Shown here: positions 39,473-49,311 of the stretch, piece after piece
Layout of the letters: each line of letters opens with the position of its first letter
Numbering within the stretch: position 1 is the stretch's first letter
Assembly (NCBI GenBank): GCA_965205975.1
Contig: OZ242195.1
Coordinates: 4,672,001-4,736,000 of the forward strand
DNA from: Candidatus Latescibacterota bacterium
GTDB lineage: Bacteria; Latescibacterota; UBA2968
DNA: 64,000 bases
Reading direction: 5' to 3'
The notes under the pieces: generated by a model
The model's database searches: none
Told to the model about the DNA's origin: nothing
What the model saw: the letters and a program-made list of their open reading frames with translations, nothing else
Translations under genes and position numbers: made by a program

Positions 39473-41728
39473 TTATTGTAAACGTTTTAGGACAAAAACC
39501 ATGTCAATGGCTTGCAATTGTTCGGCCAGCTTATCCAGGGTGTTTAGTTCAGATAGGTTGACAGGTGTTTGCAATAGGCGCTGAATATCGCGATGGTCAA
39601 AAATGCGTTGGGGTAGTGTTTCGTAGCCTTTTGCTTCTACGTGGATCTGGCTGGTCACAGGTACCCAAATTTGAAATGTTCCGCGTGGAGCTTCTGTTTG
39701 CAGGACTGTTCTGCCAATGGGATCAACGGCTCGAATCATGGCTTTGGGCACGGGAGAATTGTCGGCCATTTCAATTTTCCCTCGCACAATAGCCTGAACA
39801 GGTTTGGGGGGCGCAAAATTCTCTGTTTGGAAATAGATTGGATTCGTCCATGCCACGCGCGACGTATCTGCACCGTAGCACCGCGCGAGATACCAGCAGT
39901 TGACAGAGTCTTCGAGTGTTATTGATGTCCGATATTTTCGCGGCTGTTTTTTTAAATTCCAACTCTGGATTACCCGTGCATTGCGAACCAGTTCAATGCG
40001 CGTCAAATACGCATCGGATTTTGCGGCTGCCCAGGCGTTAATTGTTGCTCGTCTTTTGCGGCCTGTGGGCAATTGGTTACCGGGTCCGGCTGCAAAGACG
40101 GATAATGAGATTAGAGGTCCGTTGGTTATCATATTTTGGCCGTTGGCAATTGCGCGCATCAGTCTATCAGCGGTCAGGTCGCCGGACACTTGTGTGTATG
40201 TGCGAAAATGTTTGGCGGAAAGCGCTGTACCCGCAATGCGGTATCCCCGATTGAGCAGTGCAAACCACAGTGCTCGTATATCGGGATGCGCGACGTCGAG
40301 TGCGTCAAAAGCCGGGCCTGCGAGAATATCGAATAAGTTCGATGTGCCAAAAATATCTGTATAGCCAACAATACCGCGATCTAAATGCGTCTGGGCATGT
40401 ACCTCGAATCCGTTTTTTTCAGGGGTAAATAGCCTTGTGGTGCCCAATACCCATTGTTTTCCCCCGCGTGTTTCAACATATTTGCCGGGTAGCGTCAGTA
40501 TCGAATTTCCATTCGCATTCACCGGCAAGGCTACCCAGTCCAGTCCGTGTGCCCGCGCATCATTGGCAGTGCTGTTGAGAAGATCGCCAGCCACCCATCC
40601 TCGTGCACGGAGGTCTGTCCAGGGTTCGAAGGGCAATTCTACCAGGTGTTCTCGACCAGCCTCGAGGTGTAAGACCTGTGGTTCTGGCGGCAGGTGCGTA
40701 AGACCGCGCATTGCGGATACGGTGATTGTTTGGGGGGGTACATCAATTGCAAATGCACTGTCGGCAACAAAACCGCGTTCTGCAAAGCCCGTTTGTAAAA
40801 TAGTTCCCAGAGAATCGGCGACGATTACCCGGCCCAATAGGGGTTGCCCGGTTTCGGCATTAAAAAGACGACCGCGCAGTCGGACCGCTTTTTTGTCGCC
40901 AACATAGGTTTGGGCGCTGAGGTAAGCCAACCGCGCCCGCACATAGACGCCGCCCACATTTTCATCGGCGTCGCGCAATGTGGCTGTCGCTGTGCCATTT
41001 TCTATTCGTGCCCAGGGGGTTATTTGTCCGCGACTCGCTTCGAAGATGACCACGGCTCCATCATGAGAAACCACACTGTCCTGTCCCGTTGCCTGCATGT
41101 GGTGAGGCAGCGCAATAATACTGTCTTGTATGGTCACGCGCACCCTTGAGACGCGCGCACCACGTATGGGAAAATCTGTTGCTTTTAATTGAAGACCAGA
41201 GGGCATTCGCGATGCAATTTTGTGCAGACGCACGTCGTCAAAAGCCGCTTCTTTTCCGTGTGTGAGACAAATCACACGCCCAAATACGGCTTTTGTGGGT
41301 ACCACAAAAGTTCCGTCCCATTCCGTCCACGACGCGTTTGTTACTTCTGTTGTTATTCTGCTTTCGCCCACTGGCGTCTGATCTTCTGACAACCATCGGA
41401 TGCGTGCAGAAGCCCTTGCGCTGTCGGTACGCGCCCATCCGGTTAAGACATAAACGGCTCCCGGCTGAATACTGACGGGATCGCTGATCAATGCAGTGGG
41501 TTCTCCCCGCGGTCCACCTATCATAAGGACTGAGGTTTTGCCGCTGTGGGCGCGTTCGCGTTCGACCATGATCCGTGTGGAATCGGGTACGGGAGACCAA
41601 TTTACAGGTATCTGAGATGCTGTGATTTGTTCAAACCCCCCGTTGGGCACGTCCGCCCAGAGGTGGGGGGCGAGCGATAAAAAGAAAAAAAGCGGTAGGA
41701 GGTGAGACGTGAGACGTGAGAGGTCCAC
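39473..41728 (-). CDS. Secreted multidomain protein: CBM-like N-terminus plus degenerate CehA/McbA(PHP)-like region; start uncertain
   Basis: Signal ...LAPHLWA; PNGGFE; GWVAGDL; WFALLNRGYRI; TNGP; AWTNPIYF. Confidence 0.65.
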   Translation of the reverse strand: MDLSRLTSHLLPLFFFLSLAPHLWADVPNGGFEQITASQIPVNWSPVPDSTRIMVERERAHSGKTSVLMIGGPRGEPTALISDPVSIQPGAVYVLTGWARTDSARASARIRWLSEDQTPVGESRITTEVTNASWTEWDGTFVVPTKAVFGRVICLTHGKEAAFDDVRLHKIASRMPSGLQLKATDFPIRGARVSRVRVTIQDSIIALPHHMQATGQDSVVSHDGAVVIFEASRGQITPWARIENGTATATLRDADENVGGVYVRARLAYLSAQTYVGDKKAVRLRGRLFNAETGQPLLGRVIVADSLGTILQTGFAERGFVADSAFAIDVPPQTITVSAMRGLTHLPPEPQVLHLEAGREHLVELPFEPWTDLRARGWVAGDLLNSTANDARAHGLDWVALPVNANGNSILTLPGKYVETRGGKQWVLGTTRLFTPEKNGFEVHAQTHLDRGIVGYTDIFGTSNLFDILAGPAFDALDVAHPDIRALWFALLNRGYRIAGTALSAKHFRTYTQVSGDLTADRLMRAIANGQNMITNGPLISLSVFAAGPGNQLPTGRKRRATINAWAAAKSDAYLTRIELVRNARVIQSWNLKKQPRKYRTSITLEDSVNCWYLARCYGADTSRVAWTNPIYFQTENFAPPKPVQAIVRGKIEMADNSPVPKAMIRAVDPIGRTVLQTEAPRGTFQIWVPVTSQIHVEAKGYETLPQRIFDHRDIQRLLQTPVNLSELNTLDKLAEQLQAIDMVFVLKRLQ

Positions 41729-41780
41729 CCAACACCGCCCCAATGTTTTCCATCTGTGTTTATCTGTGTTCATCTGTGGT
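41702..41780. repeat. GTGAGAC heptamer and (C/T)ATCTGTG(T/G)T decamer repeats
   Basis: gtgagac x2.7 at 41702-41720; decamer x3 at 41751-41780. Confidence 0.75.
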
Positions 41781-41786
41781 TGCTTT

Positions 41787-43745
41787 TCACTTTTCCATGA
41801 CAAATTGAATATCATCTGCCCAGGGATCTACCCGCGTCAGGCGCACGCTTATGAGTTCACCCGCGCTGATCTGTCCGGATAGGCGCATGTCAACTTGTAA
41901 AGCGTAGTCCAGGATTTCGATCCGGGCGCGCTGATCCCAGATATTTAGTACGAGTGCGTCAAATACCTGTCCTCTGTGTTGCGAGAGATGGTGGTATATC
42001 CAGTAGCGCTCTCGTCGCTGTTCCAGGCGATTGATCAGGCGGAGGCGTTCTTCGACGTAGGGACAGAGTTCTGTCAGGTCGTCCAGAGAATAGGGCAAGG
42101 CTTTATTGTCGATGATGGCGACGAGTTGTCGCTGTGATATCAGGTCCAGAAATCGCCTCAAGGGAGATGTGGTCTGGCAATAGGGTTCTACCCCCAGGCC
42201 ACCGTGCAGACCGGGTTGTAGTGAGATTGCCGCTGCGCGCATGCGCGTCAATACCCGATACCGGTGCAATTGCTCGATGTCCGTGGGTTCTAAGTCGGAG
42301 AGGTCGGGTGCGTCCTGTACGCGAAAGATCGCGGGTGCGTTTTGTTTAACACACAATTTGGCGGCTTCGACATTGGCTTTGACCATCAGTTCGCTGACCA
42401 GCAAATCAGCCCTGGAGTCGCGTTTTTTTATTTCGATGTTCACGGTTCCGTCTGCCGAGACATTCACGCGGCGATCAATTTGATCAACTGCTATAGCACC
42501 GGCTTCTACGCGGTGTATCAAAAGCGATTCTGCCGCGTCAAATAGGGCTGATAACATCGCGTGTCTGGGGTGCGTCGCATCGTTGAGTATTGTGTCTGCT
42601 TCGTCATAACTCAGTTTTTCACAACATCGGATGACGGAAAGCGTCCAGGTCGGGGTTTTCATTACGCCATCTGAGCCCACATCCCACAAGAGGCTGACGG
42701 TCAACCGATTCTCATGCGGGATAAGACTGCCCAGGTTTTCTGATAAGACGGGTGGCAACATGGGATATTTTGCTTCTGGCAAGTATAGACTTGCGCCACG
42801 GTTTCTGGCTTCTTCATCGAGAGATGAATGCGCGGGGATCAGTGCGGAGACATCGGTGATATGCACACCAACTTGATAGCTGCCGTCTTCTCGAAATTGA
42901 ACCGATATTGCATCGTCCATGTCCGTTGTCGATGCGTCGTCAATGGTTACGGTATCCAGATATGTCAGATCCTGACGGTGCGCAAGTTGCGATTCGCTAT
43001 ACATTGCCTGGATCTCGTCTGCTTCTTTGATCAACAGGTCGGGAAAATTCAGGGGTATGTCTTCGCGCATCAATTCGACAAAGGCATGCTGATCCCATAC
43101 GCCTTCGGCAACTAAGCGATCAAAGGCTTTGCGTGCAGAGAAGGTCTTGCCAGCCATGCGTTCCAGCCAGTGTGCATGTTTGCTCTGGTCGCCGTATATT
43201 GCGACGTCTTTTAGCTGGTCGATCCAGTCGTTTTTGCTGGTGCCCTTATATTGGAGCCATTTCAAAAATGCCTCTCGTTCCGCTTCGCGCTCTTTGCCAC
43301 GGGCGACCACTTCCAGTCTGTGGCTGACCTCTGACCGATCAACTGCGCGAAATCCCCGTCCTTCAGTATCGAAGTGGATACTTGTTTCCAATGCGACTAA
43401 AAATGCCGACATGTGCTCCGATGTCGGCGTGTTATTGTAATACAGTTCAGCCAATTCGTTCAAGTGCCAGATTTCATCATCTTCTACGACGAGTTCCCAC
43501 AGGTCGCAAAGGTCAATGTCGGCGCTTGTGGTTTCTGCACGATTGAGCCACGTCGCGCCAGCGGTTTTGTCATTTCCGATGTGTCCGGTTGTCTGAAGTA
43601 TATTTTCTATGGGTACATTGTGAGATGTACGCGTCGATACCGCAAATCTGGCTCTGGTATGTGAGATGTTGACGCACACGCCCGCCATGAGCCGATTTCT
43701 GTAGCGGAACAAAGCTATTTCGTTTTCTTTGGGTAAGGTGTTCAT
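41787..43745 (-). CDS. RNB domain exoribonuclease (RNase II/R family)
   Basis: TIDDASTTDMDDAIS, GVHITDV, SLYLP, TSPLRRFLD. Confidence 0.92.
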   Translation of the reverse strand: MNTLPKENEIALFRYRNRLMAGVCVNISHTRARFAVSTRTSHNVPIENILQTTGHIGNDKTAGATWLNRAETTSADIDLCDLWELVVEDDEIWHLNELAELYYNNTPTSEHMSAFLVALETSIHFDTEGRGFRAVDRSEVSHRLEVVARGKEREAEREAFLKWLQYKGTSKNDWIDQLKDVAIYGDQSKHAHWLERMAGKTFSARKAFDRLVAEGVWDQHAFVELMREDIPLNFPDLLIKEADEIQAMYSESQLAHRQDLTYLDTVTIDDASTTDMDDAISVQFREDGSYQVGVHITDVSALIPAHSSLDEEARNRGASLYLPEAKYPMLPPVLSENLGSLIPHENRLTVSLLWDVGSDGVMKTPTWTLSVIRCCEKLSYDEADTILNDATHPRHAMLSALFDAAESLLIHRVEAGAIAVDQIDRRVNVSADGTVNIEIKKRDSRADLLVSELMVKANVEAAKLCVKQNAPAIFRVQDAPDLSDLEPTDIEQLHRYRVLTRMRAAAISLQPGLHGGLGVEPYCQTTSPLRRFLDLISQRQLVAIIDNKALPYSLDDLTELCPYVEERLRLINRLEQRRERYWIYHHLSQHRGQVFDALVLNIWDQRARIEILDYALQVDMRLSGQISAGELISVRLTRVDPWADDIQFVMEK

Positions 43746-43754
43746 AGAGGAACG

Positions 43755-43918
43755 ACGAATCAACGAATCAACGAATCAACGAATCAACGAATCAACGAAT
43801 CAACGGAACGGGGTACAACTGGTTCGGTACAATTCATCAATGTAGGGGCGGTGCCCCTGTGCCCGCCCGTTGGGTGGTAGGGTGGGGTTCGTCTATTCGT
43901 CTATTCGTCTATTCGTTT
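43755..43918. repeat. Composite element: (ACGAATCA)x6, GTAG-REP, inverted (TTCGTCTA)x3
   Basis: Arrays at 43755-43802 and 43888-43918 face each other around GTAGGGGCGGTGCCCCTGTGCCCGCCC (43842-43868). Confidence 0.85.
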
Positions 43919-43969
43919 GCAAATAAAACGGCAGACGATACAATCCGTCTGCCGCGAGTCGATGCATCC

Positions 43970-44407
43970 CTATATTGTGGGCAATAATGCCTCGGGATGT
44001 TTTCGCGCATCCACGTTGGTATGGATTTGCGCGATTGTCCCATCGGGTGCAATGAGGTATGTCATGCGTTTGGCTGCGCGGTCTGATGCCAATTGACAAG
44101 CCCCATAAGATAGACAGATTTCGCGTTCTGTGTCGCACAACAGGGGATATTCAAATTCCTGTGTTTTTGCAAATTTGGCGTTGGCGGCAACGCTGTCTGT
44201 GCTCACGCCCAGAATTTGCACATTTCTATCGGCATAGTCACGGATTCGCTCCTGGAATCCCACACCTTCAGCCGTTCAGCCACCTGTGCTTGCTCTGGGA
44301 TAAAACCAGAGTACGACGGTTTTGCCGCGATAATCACTGAGTTTTACTTCATTGCCTGTGTGGTCTTTGACCAGAAAATCAGGCGCGATATCGCCAACAT
44401 CGAGCAT
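43970..44407 (-). CDS. bcp: Selenocysteine-containing BCP/PrxQ peroxiredoxin (145 aa, Sec44)
   Basis: AGGAGG RBS; MLDVGDIAPDF...VVLWFYPRASTGG-[TGA 44278-44276]-TAEGVGF, with TGA at the peroxidatic Cys position of FYPxxxTxGCT and in frame with the downstream ORF. Confidence 0.88.
44242..44260 (-). promoter_or_regulatory. Candidate bacterial SECIS hairpin
   Basis: GGAUUC-CAGGAGC-GAAUCC stem-loop starting 15 nt 3' of the UGA. Confidence 0.6.
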
Positions 44408-44565
44408 TATGACCTCCTGAGAAAAATTGAAGTGTTGACAGACGGTGGCAATATAGGCAAACAGGATGTGTAAATCCAGTGGGAAAAAGGGAGAGAAACA
44501 AATCTTTACCGCATTCTTTATTCTCTGTATCTTGGAATTGACGACTGATAACTGAGGACTGATTT

Positions 44566-45279
44566 ATGAAAATTGCACATATTTCCGATTTCCATCTTCG
44601 CCACCATCTCGCTGGCGAGAATATCAGGTGCGGGCCTGATCTTATAGCCGAAGGTGCGCGTCATATTGCCGCGCATTCTCCCGATCTGGTCGCTATTACG
44701 GGTGATCTGGTTGATTATCCGCTCGATGCATTGGACGATCCCGATACGGTTGCGCTGGGGGAGAAAGATCTCCATCTCGTGCGCGAATGTTTTGACAGTC
44801 TTTCTTGTCCTGTTGCGTATGTGCCTGGCAATCACGATCATCCCACGTCTTTTCGCCGCGTTTTTTCCGATCAGCCTTTTGATTTTGATGTGCAGGGTTT
44901 TCGCGTGGTTATTTTTTTTGATGAGGAGGGGGATCACAATGTGCCGCAGCGCGTTGGGGCGGAACGAGCGCGGTTTTACTCTGTGTTGGCAGATGACGAC
45001 CCGCGTCCGCAAATTCATTTGCAACACTATATGATATTTCCCGAGCATAGCGGAGGATATCCATATAATTATGGCGATGCGGCGGAGTTGAATGCTGCAT
45101 TGCTTGCAGATTCGCGCCGCAAGTTCGTGCTTAGTGGGCATTATCACGAGGGAGAGGATCTTATGGCAGAAGGCCATATATCTTTTGCGACGGCGCGTGC
45201 TTTTCGAGAACCACCCCATCCCTTCCGCGTGTATGAGATTACGGATGCGGATATTACACAGGCTGAATACACTTTGTGA
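44566..45279 (+). CDS. Metallophosphoesterase (Icc/CpdA-like)
   Basis: HISDFH, ITGDLVD, PGNHD, SGHYH. Confidence 0.9.
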   Translation: MKIAHISDFHLRHHLAGENIRCGPDLIAEGARHIAAHSPDLVAITGDLVDYPLDALDDPDTVALGEKDLHLVRECFDSLSCPVAYVPGNHDHPTSFRRVFSDQPFDFDVQGFRVVIFFDEEGDHNVPQRVGAERARFYSVLADDDPRPQIHLQHYMIFPEHSGGYPYNYGDAAELNAALLADSRRKFVLSGHYHEGEDLMAEGHISFATARAFREPPHPFRVYEITDADITQAEYTL

Positions 45280-45866
45280 GTGGAGGATGTGTGACGTTCA
45301 AGGCGCGACATATTTTTCTACTAATTGCTGTAATCGTTTTGGGGATCTGCGTTTTTGTGGTTTTTTTAGATTACCGAGATGATTTTCGCCGCGCCCTCGA
45401 TGTGCCGCCAACTTCGCATTATGCCGATGATATACCCAATTTGGTTACGGCGTATTACACGCGTTCGGATGTATCAGATATAGAGTGGACGCTTTCCGAA
45501 GCTCTTGCGCCCGACCAGCCGATTCGCCGTTTGGTTTTTGTACTTTTTCTTGTGTACACACCACAGGAGAAGCGCGTTGTCGCATTTTTGCATTATGCGC
45601 AGTTTGGTCCTGTGCAGGGTATTGAGCGGGCTTCCCTGTATCATTTTGATATTCATCATTCCAAACTCACGGCTGGCGAGGTTTTGCTGCTGTGTGATCT
45701 GGCGCAGGGTGCGGATGTTCCGATGAATGATCCCATTGCCGCGCTGGAGTGCCGCGATGCGCTTTTGTCTGATTTGTTCGCGCGCGGTTTTTTGTCCCAG
45801 GCTGTTTACAGTAGCGAGCGCGACCGCGCGCTGTCCCTTTCTGTCAATCCCATACCGGTGAAGTGA
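45276..45866 (+). CDS. Membrane-anchored protein resembling a degenerate transglycosylase domain
   Basis: N-terminal TM; FGPVQGIERASLYHF...LTAGE resembles GT51 motifs; no EDxxF seen. Confidence 0.5.
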   Translation: MSGGCVTFKARHIFLLIAVIVLGICVFVVFLDYRDDFRRALDVPPTSHYADDIPNLVTAYYTRSDVSDIEWTLSEALAPDQPIRRLVFVLFLVYTPQEKRVVAFLHYAQFGPVQGIERASLYHFDIHHSKLTAGEVLLLCDLAQGADVPMNDPIAALECRDALLSDLFARGFLSQAVYSSERDRALSLSVNPIPVK

Positions 45867-45911
45867 TGGTTCGCTGTGAGGATATGGTGAAAAACAAAGG
45901 TTTTATTGCGT

Positions 45912-46487
45912 ATGTCAAAGACAAAATGGTGCGTAAAACTCGATTATGCGAAAACAATTGCCGATCCATTGCGCCGTCGGCTCTATGTTTGCGCGCTTGT
46001 GGCCGCAGCATTGCCGCAAGCGAAAAAGTTTCCGTATGTCATCGTTGGTGGCAATGCCCTGGAGTTCTATACGCTTGGTGCTTATGCCACTGTGGATGTC
46101 GATCTCGTGAGTGAAAGGCGAACCGAAATTGGCAATTTGTTGGAAAGCTGGGGGTTTGATCAGACGGGCAGGCATTGGCATCACGTGGGGCTGGATATTG
46201 CGATTGAGATTCCCGATGATGTTCTCGCGGGATCTGAAGATAAGGTGACACAGGTCGAGATTGAGGATTTGACTGTCTATATTATCGGTGTGGAAGATCT
46301 CATTATTGATCGGCTGGGTGCTTATGTCCATTGGGATTCAACCGATGATGGAAATTGGGCGCAGGAACTCATGGCGCTATACCAACAAGATATTGATTGG
46401 GCATATCTCAAAACCCGCGCTCAGACAGAAGGCGTGATAGAGGCATTGATTGCGTTTAGAGATCAGGCTGAGGAGGACAGAGGTTGA
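45912..46487 (+). CDS. Nucleotidyltransferase-fold protein (DUF6036-like)
   Basis: VIVGGNALEFYT...ATVDVDLV, EDLIIDRL, IDWAYL. Confidence 0.75.
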   Translation: MSKTKWCVKLDYAKTIADPLRRRLYVCALVAAALPQAKKFPYVIVGGNALEFYTLGAYATVDVDLVSERRTEIGNLLESWGFDQTGRHWHHVGLDIAIEIPDDVLAGSEDKVTQVEIEDLTVYIIGVEDLIIDRLGAYVHWDSTDDGNWAQELMALYQQDIDWAYLKTRAQTEGVIEALIAFRDQAEEDRG

Positions 46488-46714
46488 AAACTGTAAATTT
46501 TGATCAACACGTTCGAGAGATACGACCGCGTGCGAGACGCTATCAACTCGAGCAACGCACGCGGCGACGTCAGCGCCTGCCCCGTCGTCGTCCTCGCGAT
46601 GCGGAGGCACGTCGGAGTCTGATTCAGTTGGCGTTGAAACGTCGGGCGCAGTGGTTGGAAGACGGTAGATTAGAAAAGATCGGCCCCAGACACTATCGCT
46701 TGCATCTCGATTAA
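46484..46714 (+). CDS. Small Arg-rich hypothetical protein coupled to the NTase
   Basis: 4-nt TTGA overlap and GAGGAGG RBS. Confidence 0.55.
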   Translation: MKTVNFDQHVREIRPRARRYQLEQRTRRRQRLPRRRPRDAEARRSLIQLALKRRAQWLEDGRLEKIGPRHYRLHLD

Positions 46715-46915
46715 AGGCGAGTGATGAATAGAGATACGCGCGATTAAATTGTCGCCTTTTGCTGAGGATGCGGATCAATATCTCTACTTTGGCGGTTTTG
46801 ACGCAAATTTCCTTGATGCACACGATACCGCCTGGATTTACCGCGCGCATGTGGATACGGTTACTGAATAAAGCATTTTTTGGGATTGCATCTTATCTAC
46901 GATACGAGGTGACAC

Positions 46916-46981
46916 ATGAATATACCCCTGCTTCGCAGCCTGTCACTGAAGCGTTTTCGGAGTCTTTCATCGGCAGTACTA
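46916..46981 (+). pseudogene. 5' stub of an SMC/RecF/OLD-type ATPase gene cut by the IS
   Basis: GAGG RBS; MNIPLLRSLSLKRFRSLSSAVL matches the typical L.L.(N/R)FRS first strand; no Walker A follows the IS. Confidence 0.55.
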
Positions 46982-48427
46982 GTGGGTCATTTGCTTTGGT
47001 TATAGCCAATGCGTAATTTTAGATATATCTTTATGCATCAGCAAGAGCTTTCACATTTTCGTCTTTATCGTGGAGGTATAATGGCCCGAAGGCAAAATAA
47101 CCCCCTGCGTATTTTAACAGCAGAAGAACGCACCACCCTGTATGCCATCAGCCGTAGTTTAACACAACCGGCTGCCCCTGTTGCGCGTGCCAAAGCCTTA
47201 CTGGCCGTATCCGAAGGGCATTCGTTTAGTGAAGCGGCTCGAAGGGCAGGTCGTCGCAGTGGTGATGCCGTCAGTCAGTTAGTCGCCCGCTTTAATCAAG
47301 AAGGGATAGCAGCCATAGAACCCCGATACGGGGGTGGACGACAAGTGATCTATACAGAAAAAGAACGCCAACGTATTCTTTGTGAGATAAACCGTGTGCC
47401 AGATCGCATACAGGATGGGACAGCAACCTGGTCGCTTTCGACGCTTCAAGCAGCACTGAGAAAAGCCCCTGATGGGTTGCCCAATGTCAGCACCTATACG
47501 ATTTGGACCGTATTGCATGACGCGGGCTGGACCTATCAAAAGGATCGGACATGGTGTATGACTGGTCAAGTGGTACGTAAGCGAAAAACAGGTGTGGTCA
47601 CCGTGACTGATCCGGATGCACAAGCAAAAAAAAAAGCTCATTGAGAAAGCCTACACGCTCGGTGAAAAAATGGGGCTATCCGTCTGGTGTGAGGATGAAG
47701 CCGGTCCCTTTCAAACCATCCCTTACCCCGGACAGCGCTGGCATCCTGAAGGGCGACCCCATCGTTTGCCACACGAGTATGTTCGATCAGGTACAGCCAA
47801 GCTGATGACGCTGTTCCATCCCAAAACAGGTCGCCTGCGTGTGCGGGGAACCACAAGCACAGCCAATCAGGTTTTGCACCCCTGGCTGAAAGAAGAACTC
47901 ACCGCGATCCTGAAAGGCTTACCAAAGGTAAAAAAGACGCATAAAGCAAAGCAGAATCGCGCATTATGGCAGACCTGGCAAGCGGGATTAGAGATGCCTA
48001 TAACCCTGCCTGAAGACCTCCCGCCATTGCGCCTGCTACTTGTGATGGATAACTTGAAAGGACATCACACGACATCGTTGATCTTATGGCTATTCTCTCA
48101 AGGGGTTATGCCGCTTTATACCCCCCTTGGCGGATCTTGGTTAAATATGACAGAGTCCATACAGCGCATCTTGAAACGGCGAGGACTGGACGGACACTAT
48201 CCCCAAACACCTGAGCAAATCATCGACTGGTTGGAAGCCACTGCTGCGGGATGGAATGGTAATCCAACGCCTTTCGAGTGGGGTGGTAAAAGAGCAAAAC
48301 GACGACAGCACAGCAGAGATAGACGCTATGCCATAGGCGGATCAAGGGCCTTCACCAGATCACCTTTGAGACGGTCTAAATCTGCACTCTATCAATGGCA
48401 ACGCGCATACCAAATGACCCACTAGTA
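46977..48427 (+). mobile_element. IS630-family insertion sequence
   Basis: Perfect 17-bp inverted ends TACTAGTGGGTCATTTG / CAAATGACCCACTAGTA (including TA); HTH ORF plus DDE ORF. Confidence 0.92.
47081..48425 (+). CDS. IS630 transposase split into two frames at an A10 run (47081-47644 HTH; about 47625-48425 DDE)
   Basis: RAKALL...[34 protein letters not shown]. Confidence 0.88.
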
Positions 48428-48650
48428 TTTGGCCAGAAACAATTGGATAATTTGTATTTAGTTAGCTTTTTCACTAATCATAAGACAATTTTAGAGAGAA
48501 CGGGACAGATTAATATGAGGGTCTTTTCAAGATGCTTCATTATCTTTTGATACATTTCATCATTTGTTTGCATCAACTCCTCCTGTGTCAACCACATTGC
48601 CAATTGTAACTTATTTCAGACTGAGAAGATTCCATTTGACATTGAATATA

Positions 48651-48686
48651 AAAAAGTCGTGAGTGCGCAAACCCTCACGACTTTTT
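48651..48686 (-). terminator. Terminator closing the island operon
   Basis: AAAAAGTCGTGAG...CTCACGACTTTTT, 24 nt past the kinase stop. Confidence 0.8.
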
Positions 48687-48709
48687 CGTTTTACTGATAA
48701 TTTATGGCC

Positions 48710-49297
48710 TCAGTTTCCAGTTGGACCTATCCAATGCCGACAGACATCATCAAATCCTTTCTTCCCACGTACCCATTTTAGAATAACTTCAATAATCCTA
48801 TCCAACTCATAGTTACCATTAACAACCAAATCGGCCCGTTCAAGCAGAAGCTTCTTGACCTGTTCCTCGGTGGAGTGCTTTTCAATTTGGGCAAGATAAT
48901 CCAGATCATCTGAAGGTTTATTCTTCAATCTTGAAAATCGAATCGCTTCGTCTACCTGGACATAGATAAGCGATAGTTCAGAAGGTAGGACTATTTTCCG
49001 GATTTCATTCAATACCTTTAGATGGCGTATCCCATCAACAACCAGATTCTGGCCTGGTATCCAATCAACCTGATTCAACACGGACCAACAGAACTGGCGG
49101 CAGTCATTCTCTACCAAACTTTCTCCAATATCCTGCAAAATTTCTCTGGAGTTTTCCAGTCCTCGTCTTTGAGCGATACTCCGCACATAGTTTCCAAAAC
49201 TTACCCTCGGAAAACCTAATTGCTGCGCTACACACTCTGATATAGCTGTTTTTCCAGTTCCAATTTTACCTGAAAAACCCAGCACAAATGGTTTCAA
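48710..49297 (-). CDS. P-loop nucleoside-monophosphate kinase-like protein
   Basis: GFSGKIGTGKT, VSFGNYVR, REILQDIGE, VVDGIRH. Confidence 0.85.
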   Translation of the reverse strand: MKPFVLGFSGKIGTGKTAISECVAQQLGFPRVSFGNYVRSIAQRRGLENSREILQDIGESLVENDCRQFCWSVLNQVDWIPGQNLVVDGIRHLKVLNEIRKIVLPSELSLIYVQVDEAIRFSRLKNKPSDDLDYLAQIEKHSTEEQVKKLLLERADLVVNGNYELDRIIEVILKWVRGKKGFDDVCRHWIGPTGN

Positions 49298-49311
49298 GTG
49301 CCCACTTCCCC

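Noticed and set aside
43755..43918. Possible CRISPR array (also 27404-27459, 25080-25153, 28138-28236)
   Set aside because: Units are 7-21 bp without unique 30-40 bp spacers, and no cas genes are in the window.
43970..44263. 97-aa stand-alone ORF from the track
   Set aside because: It is the C-terminal part of the Sec-containing peroxiredoxin starting at 44407.
48478..48573. 31-codon minus-strand ORF with strong RBS (MQTNDEMYQK...) beside the IS
   Set aside because: Too short and without recognisable motifs. It could be another stub but cannot be supported.
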